Source of the DNA: Alphaproteobacteria bacterium
Lineage (GTDB): Bacteria; Pseudomonadota; Alphaproteobacteria; CAAHEQ01; UBA3637
Reading direction: 5' to 3'
DNA: 64,000 bases
NCBI GenBank assembly: GCA_045632845.1
Contig: JAZQXL010000011.1
Span: 2,158 to 66,157 of the forward strand
How positions within the stretch are numbered: the first letter of the stretch is position 1; every line of letters starts with the position of its first letter. This document shows, piece after piece, positions 20,318 to 28,876 of this stretch. Below the pieces are notes generated by a model. That model had not been told where the DNA came from, made no database searches, and worked only from the letters and a program-made list of their open reading frames with translations. A program made the position numbers and the translations under genes.

Positions 20318-20517
20318 AGTTCGATAAATTGAAAAATTGAACCTTACAAAATCGAACAGTTACCGAACCAGCATAAGCGCTTAAAAACAAACAAAAAAAC
20401 CACCCGATGTGGGTGGTTTTGATTTGGTACAGCGTGCTGAACAAATACCGAGCCAATTATTCAGAGGATTTTAAAAAATTGGCGTTAAAGGTGGAACTGT
20501 TGGAATTTTCAATTTGA
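20318..20517 (+). repeat. Junction repeat 4
   Basis: Arm + terminator + TGGTAC + frame WYSVLNKYRANYSEDFKKLALKVELLEFSI* (20425-20517). Confidence 0.9.
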
Positions 20518-20527
20518 AAACTTAAAA

Positions 20528-20917
20528 TTATTTATCCATTATAGATACAATAGGAACTGTTCTATATCTAGGTGTTCCATCATCATATTTGGCAATAGTT
20601 TGATACCTATAAACCCCTATTTGCTTTGCACATTTACCAACAGGATTTTGAATAATTTCCCCATCATAATAATGATGATCATCCCAAAGCAACATCAGTT
20701 GTTTTCCACTTATTTGACACGAAATATTACCTACCTCACAAACTAGCGCCTCAGTTCCTGTTGCTTGAAATACCTCTAAATTTTTTCGTGAAAAACAAGG
20801 TTCTTTACCCATCATTTTATACAAAACTATATCACCGTCTTCAGATTTATATTTTATTTCTTGAGCATTTACTAAAAATGGAATAAAAAATAAAGCGATA
20901 AGCAAGACTTTTTTCAT
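20528..20917 (-). CDS. Secreted Cys-containing hypothetical protein (cassette 4)
   Basis: Signal peptide MKKVLLIALFFIPFLVNA; AGGAG RBS. Confidence 0.7.
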   Translation of the reverse strand: MKKVLLIALFFIPFLVNAQEIKYKSEDGDIVLYKMMGKEPCFSRKNLEVFQATGTEALVCEVGNISCQISGKQLMLLWDDHHYYDGEIIQNPVGKCAKQIGVYRYQTIAKYDDGTPRYRTVPIVSIMDK

Positions 20918-21054
20918 TTCTAAATTTCTCCTTTACCAAAAGTACAAAAAAGTATATCAAACTATTTACAACAAAGCAATACATAAAATATACCTTTGAC
21001 TTCTATATAAAGATTTAAATTATAAAAATGTAAACAGATTAATCTCATCCTAAA

Positions 21055-21169
21055 AGTTCGATAAATGATAAAATTGAGCCTTACAAAATCGAACTATTAT
21101 CGAACCACTACAAATACTTAAAAACAAACAAAAAAACCACCCGATATGGGTGGTTTTGATTTTTGGTAC
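21055..21169 (+). repeat. Junction repeat 5 (tRNA-proximal, attR-like arm plus terminator)
   Basis: Same arm and hairpin as junctions 2 and 4, abutting the tRNA CCA end. Confidence 0.9.
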
Positions 21170-21250
21170 CTCTAGCCGGACTTGAACCAGCATGATCTTG
21201 CGATCAACAGATTTTGAGTCTGTCGCGTCTACCAGTTTCGCCATAGAGGC
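21164..21250 (-). tRNA. tRNA-Leu(CAA)
   Basis: GCCTCTATGGCGAAACTGGTAGACGCG-ACAGA CTCAAAA TCTGT-long variable arm-GGTTCAAGTCC-...-ACCA. Confidence 0.96.
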
Positions 21251-21270
21251 ATTTTTCGCTAGACAAGTTG

Positions 21271-21298
21271 ATTATACTCAATTATAATCCAATGTCAA
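21271..21298 (-). promoter_or_regulatory. Consensus sigma70 promoter of tRNA-Leu(CAA)
   Basis: TTGACA-16 nt-TATAAT on the minus strand. Confidence 0.8.
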
Positions 21299-21326
21299 GA
21301 GTTTTTTTAACAAAAGGACAAAAAAA

Positions 21327-22109
21327 ATGAAAAATATTTCTTCAACCCCCTCATCAATCTTTATAACCGGCGCTTCTAGCGGTATTGGAAGAGCCATTTG
21401 CGCCGCTTATGCTAAGCCAAATGTTCACCTTTTTTTGTGTGGCAGAAACTTGGAACGCCTCAACGCTATTGCAAAAGAATGTAATGAAAAGGGAGCTCTT
21501 GTCCACACTTTTCAATTTGACACAACTGATAAAATAGCTGCAAAAAAAGCCTTATTAGACGCACACGCCATCAAACCACTTGATCTTGTTGTTGCAAATG
21601 CTGGTGTTTCTGGTGGAGTTTTAGGGTTAGAAGATACTGACGCTTCCATTCGCCAAATTTTTGATACAAATATTTATGGTGTTATCAACACGGTTCTACC
21701 CGCTATTGAAATTTTTAAAAACCAAAAATCTGGTCAAATTGCCTTAATGAGCTCAATTGCAGGATTTAGGGGGTTGATGAATTGCCCAGCTTATTCTTCT
21801 TCAAAAAACTTTGTAAAAGCATGGGGAGAAGCTTTAAGGGGCGCACTCAAAGCTGACAATATTAAAGTAAATGTTATTTGCCCAGGATTCGTCAAAACAC
21901 CTCTAACTGATAAAAACCTGTTCAAAATGCCATTTTTGATGCAACCAGACAAAGCTGCAAACATCATCATTGATGGATTAGAAAAAAACAAAGGCATCAT
22001 CGCATTTCCAAAAATTATGCATTTTTCAATTGCACTTTTGACCGCCCTGCCCCGTTGCATAACGAATCCGATTTTTGAGTATTTACCACAAAAAGAAAAA
22101 AAATCCTAA
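21327..22109 (+). CDS. SDR family oxidoreductase
   Basis: TGASSGIG, ANAG, YSSSK. Confidence 0.92.
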   Translation: MKNISSTPSSIFITGASSGIGRAICAAYAKPNVHLFLCGRNLERLNAIAKECNEKGALVHTFQFDTTDKIAAKKALLDAHAIKPLDLVVANAGVSGGVLGLEDTDASIRQIFDTNIYGVINTVLPAIEIFKNQKSGQIALMSSIAGFRGLMNCPAYSSSKNFVKAWGEALRGALKADNIKVNVICPGFVKTPLTDKNLFKMPFLMQPDKAANIIIDGLEKNKGIIAFPKIMHFSIALLTALPRCITNPIFEYLPQKEKKS

Positions 22110-22231
22110 AGTATTTACTTTTTCAAAACCATATCTTAAATACTTTTTTGAAAAATCAATAAAATGTTTGCAATTCATAATCATTTTTGATAAAATCGGG
22201 AAACAGTTTTTATGTATGGAAGGATAATTTT

Positions 22232-22909
22232 ATGAAAAAACAAACCCCTGAAGAGTTGGAAGAAATTCAACAAGCCATTTTAGCCCGTGAAGTTGAAGAA
22301 GAACTCCAACGTGAAAGATTATTGAACTTTTGGAACAAATACCGCTTTTTAATCATTGGTGGTGTTTTTGCCATTATTTTATCAACCGCAGGGACTGAAT
22401 TTTATCATTCTTGGCGCAACAAGGTTCGCCTTGATGAATCAAACAAATTTGAATCTGCTGTTTTGTTGAACGCAACTGGGGAACAAGAAAAAGCTGTTGC
22501 TGGATTAAAAACAGTTTCTCAAGAAGCTAAAACAGATTACAAATATTTAGCTGAACTTCGTTTAGCTGGCATTGCTTTGCAAAACAACAAGTTAGAAGAA
22601 GCCCTTGCAACATTAAAATCAATCTATGAAAACTCAAGTGCTCCTTCTTCATTAAGAAACATTGCCCGCTTGAGCTATGTGGGTCATCAAATTGACACTC
22701 AAGATGGAAATACATTATTACCAATTTTGAGCGATTTGTTAGCACCTCAAAGTGAATACTATGCCGCTGCTGTTGAACTTAAAACAGCCATTCTTTTAAA
22801 ACAAGATAAAAAAGAAGAAGCTCGTCAACTCTTGCAAAATGCTGTATTAAATCCAAATTTAGCTCCTGACACTGTTAATCGTTTAAAATCTTTTTTGTCT
22901 GCTATTTAA
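22232..22909 (+). CDS. YfgM-like membrane-anchored TPR protein
   Basis: REVEEELQRERL..FWNKY + TM; located upstream of bamB-der. Confidence 0.8.
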   Translation: MKKQTPEELEEIQQAILAREVEEELQRERLLNFWNKYRFLIIGGVFAIILSTAGTEFYHSWRNKVRLDESNKFESAVLLNATGEQEKAVAGLKTVSQEAKTDYKYLAELRLAGIALQNNKLEEALATLKSIYENSSAPSSLRNIARLSYVGHQIDTQDGNTLLPILSDLLAPQSEYYAAAVELKTAILLKQDKKEEARQLLQNAVLNPNLAPDTVNRLKSFLSAI

Positions 22910-22921
22910 TGTAGGAGAAAT

Positions 22922-24196
22922 GTGATGAAACATCTTATTTATGCTGTCTGCGCTGTTGCTCTGCTCACTTCGTGTGCTCAAGTTAAAAAAACAGCTCCGA
23001 AAGAAGGGCGTGAAGCCATTCAATCAACATTAAAAGAACAACAGCTTGAAAAATCAGCTGATAAGATTGTTTTATCCAAACCTCAAATTATTCACTCTTG
23101 GCTTTTTACATCAGCTAATCAGCAAAATAAAATTCCTCATGCTGCCATTTCAGGGTTTGACAAAAAAGTTTGGTCCGAAAATGTTGGCAAAGGTGTTTCA
23201 ACAAGTTACATTCACCTTCCCAAACCAATTATGCATGAGGGGATGATTTATACATTAGACAGCCAATTAAAATTAACAAAAACAACTGCTGATGGCGATG
23301 TTATTTGGGATTTGCCTATTCGTGAAAATGACGATGTTCCAGCTGTTGCAAGTGTTGGCCTTGCTTATGACAATGGACTTGTTTATGTTGTTTCTGGTGA
23401 CGGCATTGTATATGCCATTGAACCAGAGGGTGAAATTATCTGGCAACAAGATACAAAAAATATTTTACGTTCTGCCCCTGTTATAAAAGATGGTCATTTA
23501 TATGTCCTTTCAGCAAACAATGAGCTTTTTGTTTTAAACACAAAAGATGGTTCTGTTGCTTGGACATACAAAAATTTGGAAACAGACACCAACCTTCTTG
23601 GTATGGGAAATCCTGCTTTGGCTTACGGCATTGCAGTTGTTCCTTTTTCAAGTGGTGAAATCGTTGCTTTTGATGACAAAACAGGGCAAGTTCTTTGGTC
23701 AAACACATTGTTATCATATCGCACATTCAATCAAATTGCAGATTTAAGCCACGTTCTTGCTGCTCCAGTGATTGATGGTGGCGTTGTTTATTTAATCGGA
23801 AATGCCCATCAAATGGGCGCATTCAAACTCAAAACAGGGGAAGAAATTTTCACAGCACCTATCGGGGGACAAACAACACCCGTTATTGCAGGCGATGCTC
23901 TCTTTATGGTTACAAACAAAGATACTCTCATTGCTATGAACAAATATAACGGTCGTTTAATTTGGGAGAAAGAATTATATAGCAAAACTGAAAAACGCGT
24001 CTCTTGGCACATGCCTGTTCCAATTAACAATCAAATCGTTGTCACATCAGGTGAAGGGGATGTGATTGTTTTTGACATGCTCACAGGTAATGAAACAAAA
24101 AAATTAAAAATGGAAAAACTTTTTGTTGCGCCTACAGCTTATAATAATGGTTTATTATTCTATACAGATGACGCTGATTTAATTATGTATCGTTAA
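22922..24196 (+). CDS. bamB: Outer membrane assembly lipoprotein BamB-like (PQQ beta-propeller)
   Basis: Lipobox LTSC, repeated G..iW propeller blades, synteny. Confidence 0.8.
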   Translation: MMKHLIYAVCAVALLTSCAQVKKTAPKEGREAIQSTLKEQQLEKSADKIVLSKPQIIHSWLFTSANQQNKIPHAAISGFDKKVWSENVGKGVSTSYIHLPKPIMHEGMIYTLDSQLKLTKTTADGDVIWDLPIRENDDVPAVASVGLAYDNGLVYVVSGDGIVYAIEPEGEIIWQQDTKNILRSAPVIKDGHLYVLSANNELFVLNTKDGSVAWTYKNLETDTNLLGMGNPALAYGIAVVPFSSGEIVAFDDKTGQVLWSNTLLSYRTFNQIADLSHVLAAPVIDGGVVYLIGNAHQMGAFKLKTGEEIFTAPIGGQTTPVIAGDALFMVTNKDTLIAMNKYNGRLIWEKELYSKTEKRVSWHMPVPINNQIVVTSGEGDVIVFDMLTGNETKKLKMEKLFVAPTAYNNGLLFYTDDADLIMYR

Positions 24197-24205
24197 GGAA
24201 AAAAA

Positions 24206-25699
24206 ATGAAAACAGTTGCAATCGTAGGCACAACAAACGTTGGTAAATCAACACTTTTTAACAGGCTTTGCAAAAAAAAGCTCGCCATTGTTCATGATGA
24301 ACCAGGCGTTACAAGGGACAGAAAAGAAGGCACCGCCCATTTGGGAGACATTTCTTTTCGCCTCATTGATACAGCAGGGTTAGAAGATAATTCATCTCTT
24401 GCCAAAGCGATGTGGCGTCAAACACAAATTGCGATCAAAGAAGCTGATGTTATTTTGGCTGTTGTTGATGCAAGAAGCGGACTTACCCCTCTTGATAACA
24501 AAATGGCTGAAGAACTAAGACAAGTTGATAAACCAATTATCCTTCTTGCAAACAAATGCGAAGGAGCTCAACACATTGGCGATTTTTATGCTTTAGGACT
24601 TGGAACTCCTCTTAAAATTTCAGGTGAACATGGTGTTGGTATCAGTGATTTATATCAAGAATTAAAATCGCTTATCACCCCACCAAAAGATGAATCTGAA
24701 GAAGATGATGATGATTTCTTTGAAGAGGAAGAAGTTGTTGAAGAAGAGGCAAAAGTAAAACCACTCAAACTTGCCATTGTTGGTCGTCCAAACGTGGGTA
24801 AATCAACACTTGTCAACCAACTTTTAGGACAAGAACGTTTGCTCACAGGACCAGAAGCTGGCGTTACACGTGATGCAATTACCATTCCTTGGAACTGGAG
24901 AGGAAATGAAATTTTATTAACCGACACAGCAGGCCTTAGAAAAAGAGGAAAAGTCACCAATCAGGTAGAAGAAATTTCAGCTCAAGACACAAACACAAGC
25001 ATTGATTTTGCTGAAGTTGTTATTTTGGTTTTAGATGCCAATGTTCCAATGGAAAAACAAGATTTAATCATCGCATCAAAAGTTTTGAATGAAGGCCGTG
25101 TTCTTTTGATTGCTCTTAACAAATGGGACAGTGTTGAAAATCAACATCAAGTTTTGAACCAATTGAAAGAAAAACTCGTTGAATCATTGCAACAAGTTAA
25201 AGGGATTCCCGTTCACACAATTTCTGGCAAAACAGGTTATGGTTTAGACAGAATGATGAGTGATGTGTTTGAAATGTATAAACTCTGGAACAAACGTGTG
25301 CCAACGCACAAGCTCAACACATTCTTGCAAGAAATGACTCAAGCACACCCAACGCCAGTTGCAAGCAATGGGCGCCGTATTCCTATGAAATATATGACAC
25401 AGGTTTCTAAACGTCCACCAACCTTTGTGATCTTTTCAAGCAACCCAGATCAATTGCCAGAATCTTATTTAAGATATCTTTCAAACGGATTGAGAGAACG
25501 CTACGGTTTGGTTGGTGTGCCAATCAGAATTCATATGAGAAAGCGTGAAAATCCTTATGCTGAAAAAGCAAAAGAACGCGCCTCAATTAAGAAAAAAGCA
25601 AGGATTATGGAAAAGAAACAAACAAAAGGCAAACCAAAGCCAAAATCAAAAGTTAAACAAGGTCCAAAATCTTTGCATAGAGAAAAAAGACGCAAATAA
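24206..25699 (+). CDS. der: Ribosome biogenesis GTPase Der
   Basis: Two tandem G domains (GTTNVGKST, GRPNVGKST), KH-like C-terminal domain. Confidence 0.97.
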   Translation: MKTVAIVGTTNVGKSTLFNRLCKKKLAIVHDEPGVTRDRKEGTAHLGDISFRLIDTAGLEDNSSLAKAMWRQTQIAIKEADVILAVVDARSGLTPLDNKMAEELRQVDKPIILLANKCEGAQHIGDFYALGLGTPLKISGEHGVGISDLYQELKSLITPPKDESEEDDDDFFEEEEVVEEEAKVKPLKLAIVGRPNVGKSTLVNQLLGQERLLTGPEAGVTRDAITIPWNWRGNEILLTDTAGLRKRGKVTNQVEEISAQDTNTSIDFAEVVILVLDANVPMEKQDLIIASKVLNEGRVLLIALNKWDSVENQHQVLNQLKEKLVESLQQVKGIPVHTISGKTGYGLDRMMSDVFEMYKLWNKRVPTHKLNTFLQEMTQAHPTPVASNGRRIPMKYMTQVSKRPPTFVIFSSNPDQLPESYLRYLSNGLRERYGLVGVPIRIHMRKRENPYAEKAKERASIKKKARIMEKKQTKGKPKPKSKVKQGPKSLHREKRRK

Positions 25700-25703
25700 A
25701 CAT

Positions 25704-25734
25704 AAAACCCACTGTTCATTTTCAGTGGGTTTTT
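25704..25734. terminator. Bidirectional terminator
   Basis: aaaacccactg...cagtgggtttt. Confidence 0.8.
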
Positions 25735-25756
25735 ATTAACAGAAATCAGTAGCTCT

Positions 25757-28249
25757 TTATCGGCTTTTTTGTTTCTTTTGAATGGGTAAAAGATTTTGTT
25801 TTTGAGAAGCAATTTTTCTTTCTTCTACAATAAGTCCATCTTTTTCTAATAACTTTTTAAATGTTTCAAGTGCCAATGGATGTTCATGAAGAGCTAATAT
25901 TGTTTTTGCTCCACATCTTACTTTTTCAATTAAAGGATATTTAAGCCTATTAAATTTGAATGTTTTTTCTTCTTGATAGTATTTTTCTATTAGCCTTTTA
26001 ATAACAACCAAATCTTTTTTTAACAATCTCCACAAATCTCTACTTGATTTCATTCCCTCTCTTTTTATAGGAAGTCCTAGATCAATGCCTTCTTTTTTCA
26101 ATAATTTTTTAAAAGTTTCAAGAGCATTAGGATGTTCATGCAGAACCAATCCTACTGCAACTTTTTCCACCAATGGATACAAGATACCATCAACCTCAAA
26201 AGTTCTATTTTCATCATAATACTTTTGTAGTTTTTCTAGAAAAATTTTACTATTCACATTATATAACAACCCTAAATTCTTACTTGATTTCATTCCATCT
26301 CTTTTTGCAGACACACCATCTTTTTCTAAATTTTTTTTAAAAAGTTCAAGCGCTTGAGGGTGTTCATGCAGAGCCAATATGATTTTTGTTCTTGACTTTA
26401 CTTTTTCGACCAAAGGATATTGAATTCCATTAACCTCAAAAGTTTTGTTTTCATCATAATATTTTTGCAACTGTTTTGCATGAAATTGATTGTCTTTTTT
26501 TAACAATCTCCACAAATCTCTACTTGATTTCATTCCCTCTCTTTTTATAGGAAGTCCTAGATCAATGCCTTCTTTTTTCAATAATTTTTTAAAAGTTTCA
26601 AGAGCATTAGGATGTTCATGTAAAAACAAGGCGATCTTTGTACCGGATTTAGCTTTTTCTACCAACGGATATTGGACTCCATTAACCTCAAAAGTTTTGT
26701 TTTCATCATAATATTTTTGCAACTTTTTTTTGAAAAAAGAATCTTTTTTACCCAACAAACATCCTAAATCAACACTTGATTTCATCCCTTCTCTTTTTAA
26801 CGGGATATCTTGAGCTTTAAGTTCAATATCCGCCTCATTTTCAAGCGTAATCAACTCTTCAATATTGGAAAAAATATCAAAAGCTTCAAGTAATAGATTG
26901 GATGATACTCGATCTTTTCTCACTTGTGTCTTTAAAACACCCGTCCGATCCTCTAACTTTTTATCTTTTAGCATCACACTTTTATTTGTAATATCACGAT
27001 AGAGCACTTGCCCATTGACATGCGAAGACAAAATTGGGTTATCATAATCTGGATGCGCAAAAACAATATCGACAATCAGCGAAAACTTATTTTCATTTTC
27101 CAGATCAAGACGCAAGACACGACCCCCACGTTGCGCTTCAACCACTCTAGAACAAGTTGGATAGTTAATACACATATCCAATTTAGGCATATCAAAACCT
27201 TCAGAGAGTTTTCCAACCTGGCATAAAATAGGTAAATCACCATTCACAAATTTATTCAAAATTGTTTTATCTTTTGTATTAGTTGTCCAAGTGCCAGCAA
27301 CTGTTTTTCCAAACAATTTATTTAAAGCTCTGGTTTGTAATTTTGCTTCTGCTTGTGAACGGCAGTTAATCATACATTTTTTGCCTTGAACTTTGCCAAC
27401 TGTTTCATCCACATAATTTTGATAAAAGACAGCAATTTCATTGGCAATTAACTCATGAACATTTTTCCAATTTTTTGCATTTCCATTTTCTTGATAAGAT
27501 TTCAGAGCTTGAGAAAGGGCTTTTTCAAGTTCAGCTTCATTATATTCTCCAGTGTTCATTTTTGAAACAGAACTCAAATCCACTTTAATTTTGGATGAAA
27601 GCAAAACATTTTTACATGGAGTGAGCAATCCATCTTTCACGGCTTGAACTGTATTCATTTCAGCAATAACTGAACCCAACAAATTTTCCAAATTTTTATC
27701 TGGAGAATAAGCAGGCGTTGCCGTTAAACCATAACAACAAGCATTTGAAAAAGATTTAATTGCATCCATTCTGCTTTGGGACAATGAGTGATGCGCTTCA
27801 TCCAACAACAAAAGTCCAACATCTTTTGGGTTAATTTTATTAACAAAAGCATTGAGTGAAGAATAAGTTGTTACAATAACATTGCTAGTCGTATCTTTCC
27901 CATAAGCATAAAAAGAACCTATGCTTAATGGTTCAGAATGATACATTTGATGAAAATCTTGAAAGCGCTTTATCATCCCATCGCCATTTTCATCTTTAAC
28001 CAAACTTTGAGTTGGCACAACAACAACCACTTTACCCTTTGGATTATGTGATAAATAACCTTCAGCCAACACATTCATCATTCTGGTTTTACCAAAACCA
28101 GTGGCAAGGTCAAAAAAACCTTTTGTTAAATTTTCATCCACTCTTGATAAAAATTCATCAAAAATATCTTTTTGTGCCGGTCTTAAATCTGAAATTGGCA
28201 AAAAAGATTTTATACCACTAATAAGAGTATTAAAATTTTGTTGTTTCAT
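25757..28249 (-). CDS. SF2 DEAH helicase (ResIII-like) with four C-terminal ~80-aa repeats
   Basis: LRPAQ, ATGFGKT, LLDEAHH, GLTATP, LSEGFDMP, QRGGRVLR; repeats R[ED]GMKSS...YPLVEK...LHEHP.ALE.FKK. Confidence 0.85.
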   Translation of the reverse strand: MKQQNFNTLISGIKSFLPISDLRPAQKDIFDEFLSRVDENLTKGFFDLATGFGKTRMMNVLAEGYLSHNPKGKVVVVVPTQSLVKDENGDGMIKRFQDFHQMYHSEPLSIGSFYAYGKDTTSNVIVTTYSSLNAFVNKINPKDVGLLLLDEAHHSLSQSRMDAIKSFSNACCYGLTATPAYSPDKNLENLLGSVIAEMNTVQAVKDGLLTPCKNVLLSSKIKVDLSSVSKMNTGEYNEAELEKALSQALKSYQENGNAKNWKNVHELIANEIAVFYQNYVDETVGKVQGKKCMINCRSQAEAKLQTRALNKLFGKTVAGTWTTNTKDKTILNKFVNGDLPILCQVGKLSEGFDMPKLDMCINYPTCSRVVEAQRGGRVLRLDLENENKFSLIVDIVFAHPDYDNPILSSHVNGQVLYRDITNKSVMLKDKKLEDRTGVLKTQVRKDRVSSNLLLEAFDIFSNIEELITLENEADIELKAQDIPLKREGMKSSVDLGCLLGKKDSFFKKKLQKYYDENKTFEVNGVQYPLVEKAKSGTKIALFLHEHPNALETFKKLLKKEGIDLGLPIKREGMKSSRDLWRLLKKDNQFHAKQLQKYYDENKTFEVNGIQYPLVEKVKSRTKIILALHEHPQALELFKKNLEKDGVSAKRDGMKSSKNLGLLYNVNSKIFLEKLQKYYDENRTFEVDGILYPLVEKVAVGLVLHEHPNALETFKKLLKKEGIDLGLPIKREGMKSSRDLWRLLKKDLVVIKRLIEKYYQEEKTFKFNRLKYPLIEKVRCGAKTILALHEHPLALETFKKLLEKDGLIVEERKIASQKQNLLPIQKKQKSR
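26013..26620. repeat. 128-bp perfect direct repeat inside the helicase (26013-26140 = 26493-26620)
   Basis: Base-by-base identity, 480 bp apart. Confidence 0.92.
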
Positions 28250-28383
28250 ATAATTCCCCTCTAAATTTTTTGTAATTATATCATAAAATAACAAAATTGT
28301 CAATCTTTTTTGTCAACACGCAAAATGCGCATAAAAAAAAGCCCCTTATTCTTTTTAATAAGGAGGCTTCTTTTTGTTTTTAA

Positions 28384-28872
28384 CTATTTTTTCCCATTAT
28401 TATAATGAGCTAAAATCCGTTGTTTATCCCGGTTCCAATCTCGTTTTTTAATATCTTCACGCTTATCTGCCATATTTTTACCAACAGCTAACGCAATTTT
28501 GACTTTTGCAATTCCCCTTGCGTTAAAATAAAGCTCCAATGGAATAACTGTTTTTCCTTTTTGTTCAATGGCTGCAAAAATTTTATTCAATTCCTTTTCG
28601 TGTAATAAAAGTTTTCGTGGACGTGAAGACTTTTCTTGAACAAAACCGCCCTTTGTAGCAGCATATTCAGCAATATGTGCATTCACCAAAAACAGCTCTC
28701 TGTTTTCAGTATCTGCATAGCTTTCATTAATTGTTGCATGACCTGCACGCAAAGATTTAACTTCACCACCCGTCAAAACAATCCCAGCTTCAAATGTTTC
28801 CAAAATTTCATAATTAAAACGGGCTTTTCTGTTTGTTGCAACTGTTCCCGTTGAAATGAGTGATTTTGACAC
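28384..28872 (-). CDS. smpB: SsrA-binding protein
   Basis: NRKARFNY, EAGIVLTGGEVKSLR, RKLLLH, DKRE. Confidence 0.96.
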   Translation of the reverse strand: MSKSLISTGTVATNRKARFNYEILETFEAGIVLTGGEVKSLRAGHATINESYADTENRELFLVNAHIAEYAATKGGFVQEKSSRPRKLLLHEKELNKIFAAIEQKGKTVIPLELYFNARGIAKVKIALAVGKNMADKREDIKKRDWNRDKQRILAHYNNGKK

Positions 28873-28876
28873 AAAC

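Larger units (their letters stand above)
13656..21169. mobile_element. Tandem array of four integrase-less cassettes at the 3' end of tRNA-Leu(CAA)
   Basis: Five junctions (terminator + TTTGGTAC) with TGG at 13698, 14644, 17623, 20425 and 21164; accessory cargo between them; no recombinase gene in the window. Confidence 0.75.

Noticed and set aside
14626-20517. In-frame ATGs inside the terminator loops upstream of the WYS frames (14626, 20407)
   Set aside because: Present in only two junctions, give different N-termini, lack an RBS and are buried in hairpins; probably coincidental
13656-21169. CRISPR array or classical integron attC interpretation of the junction repeats
   Set aside because: Spacers are 0.7-3 kb and carry genes; no cas or intI gene; no RYYYAAC/GTTRRRY-bounded attC palindromes recognised
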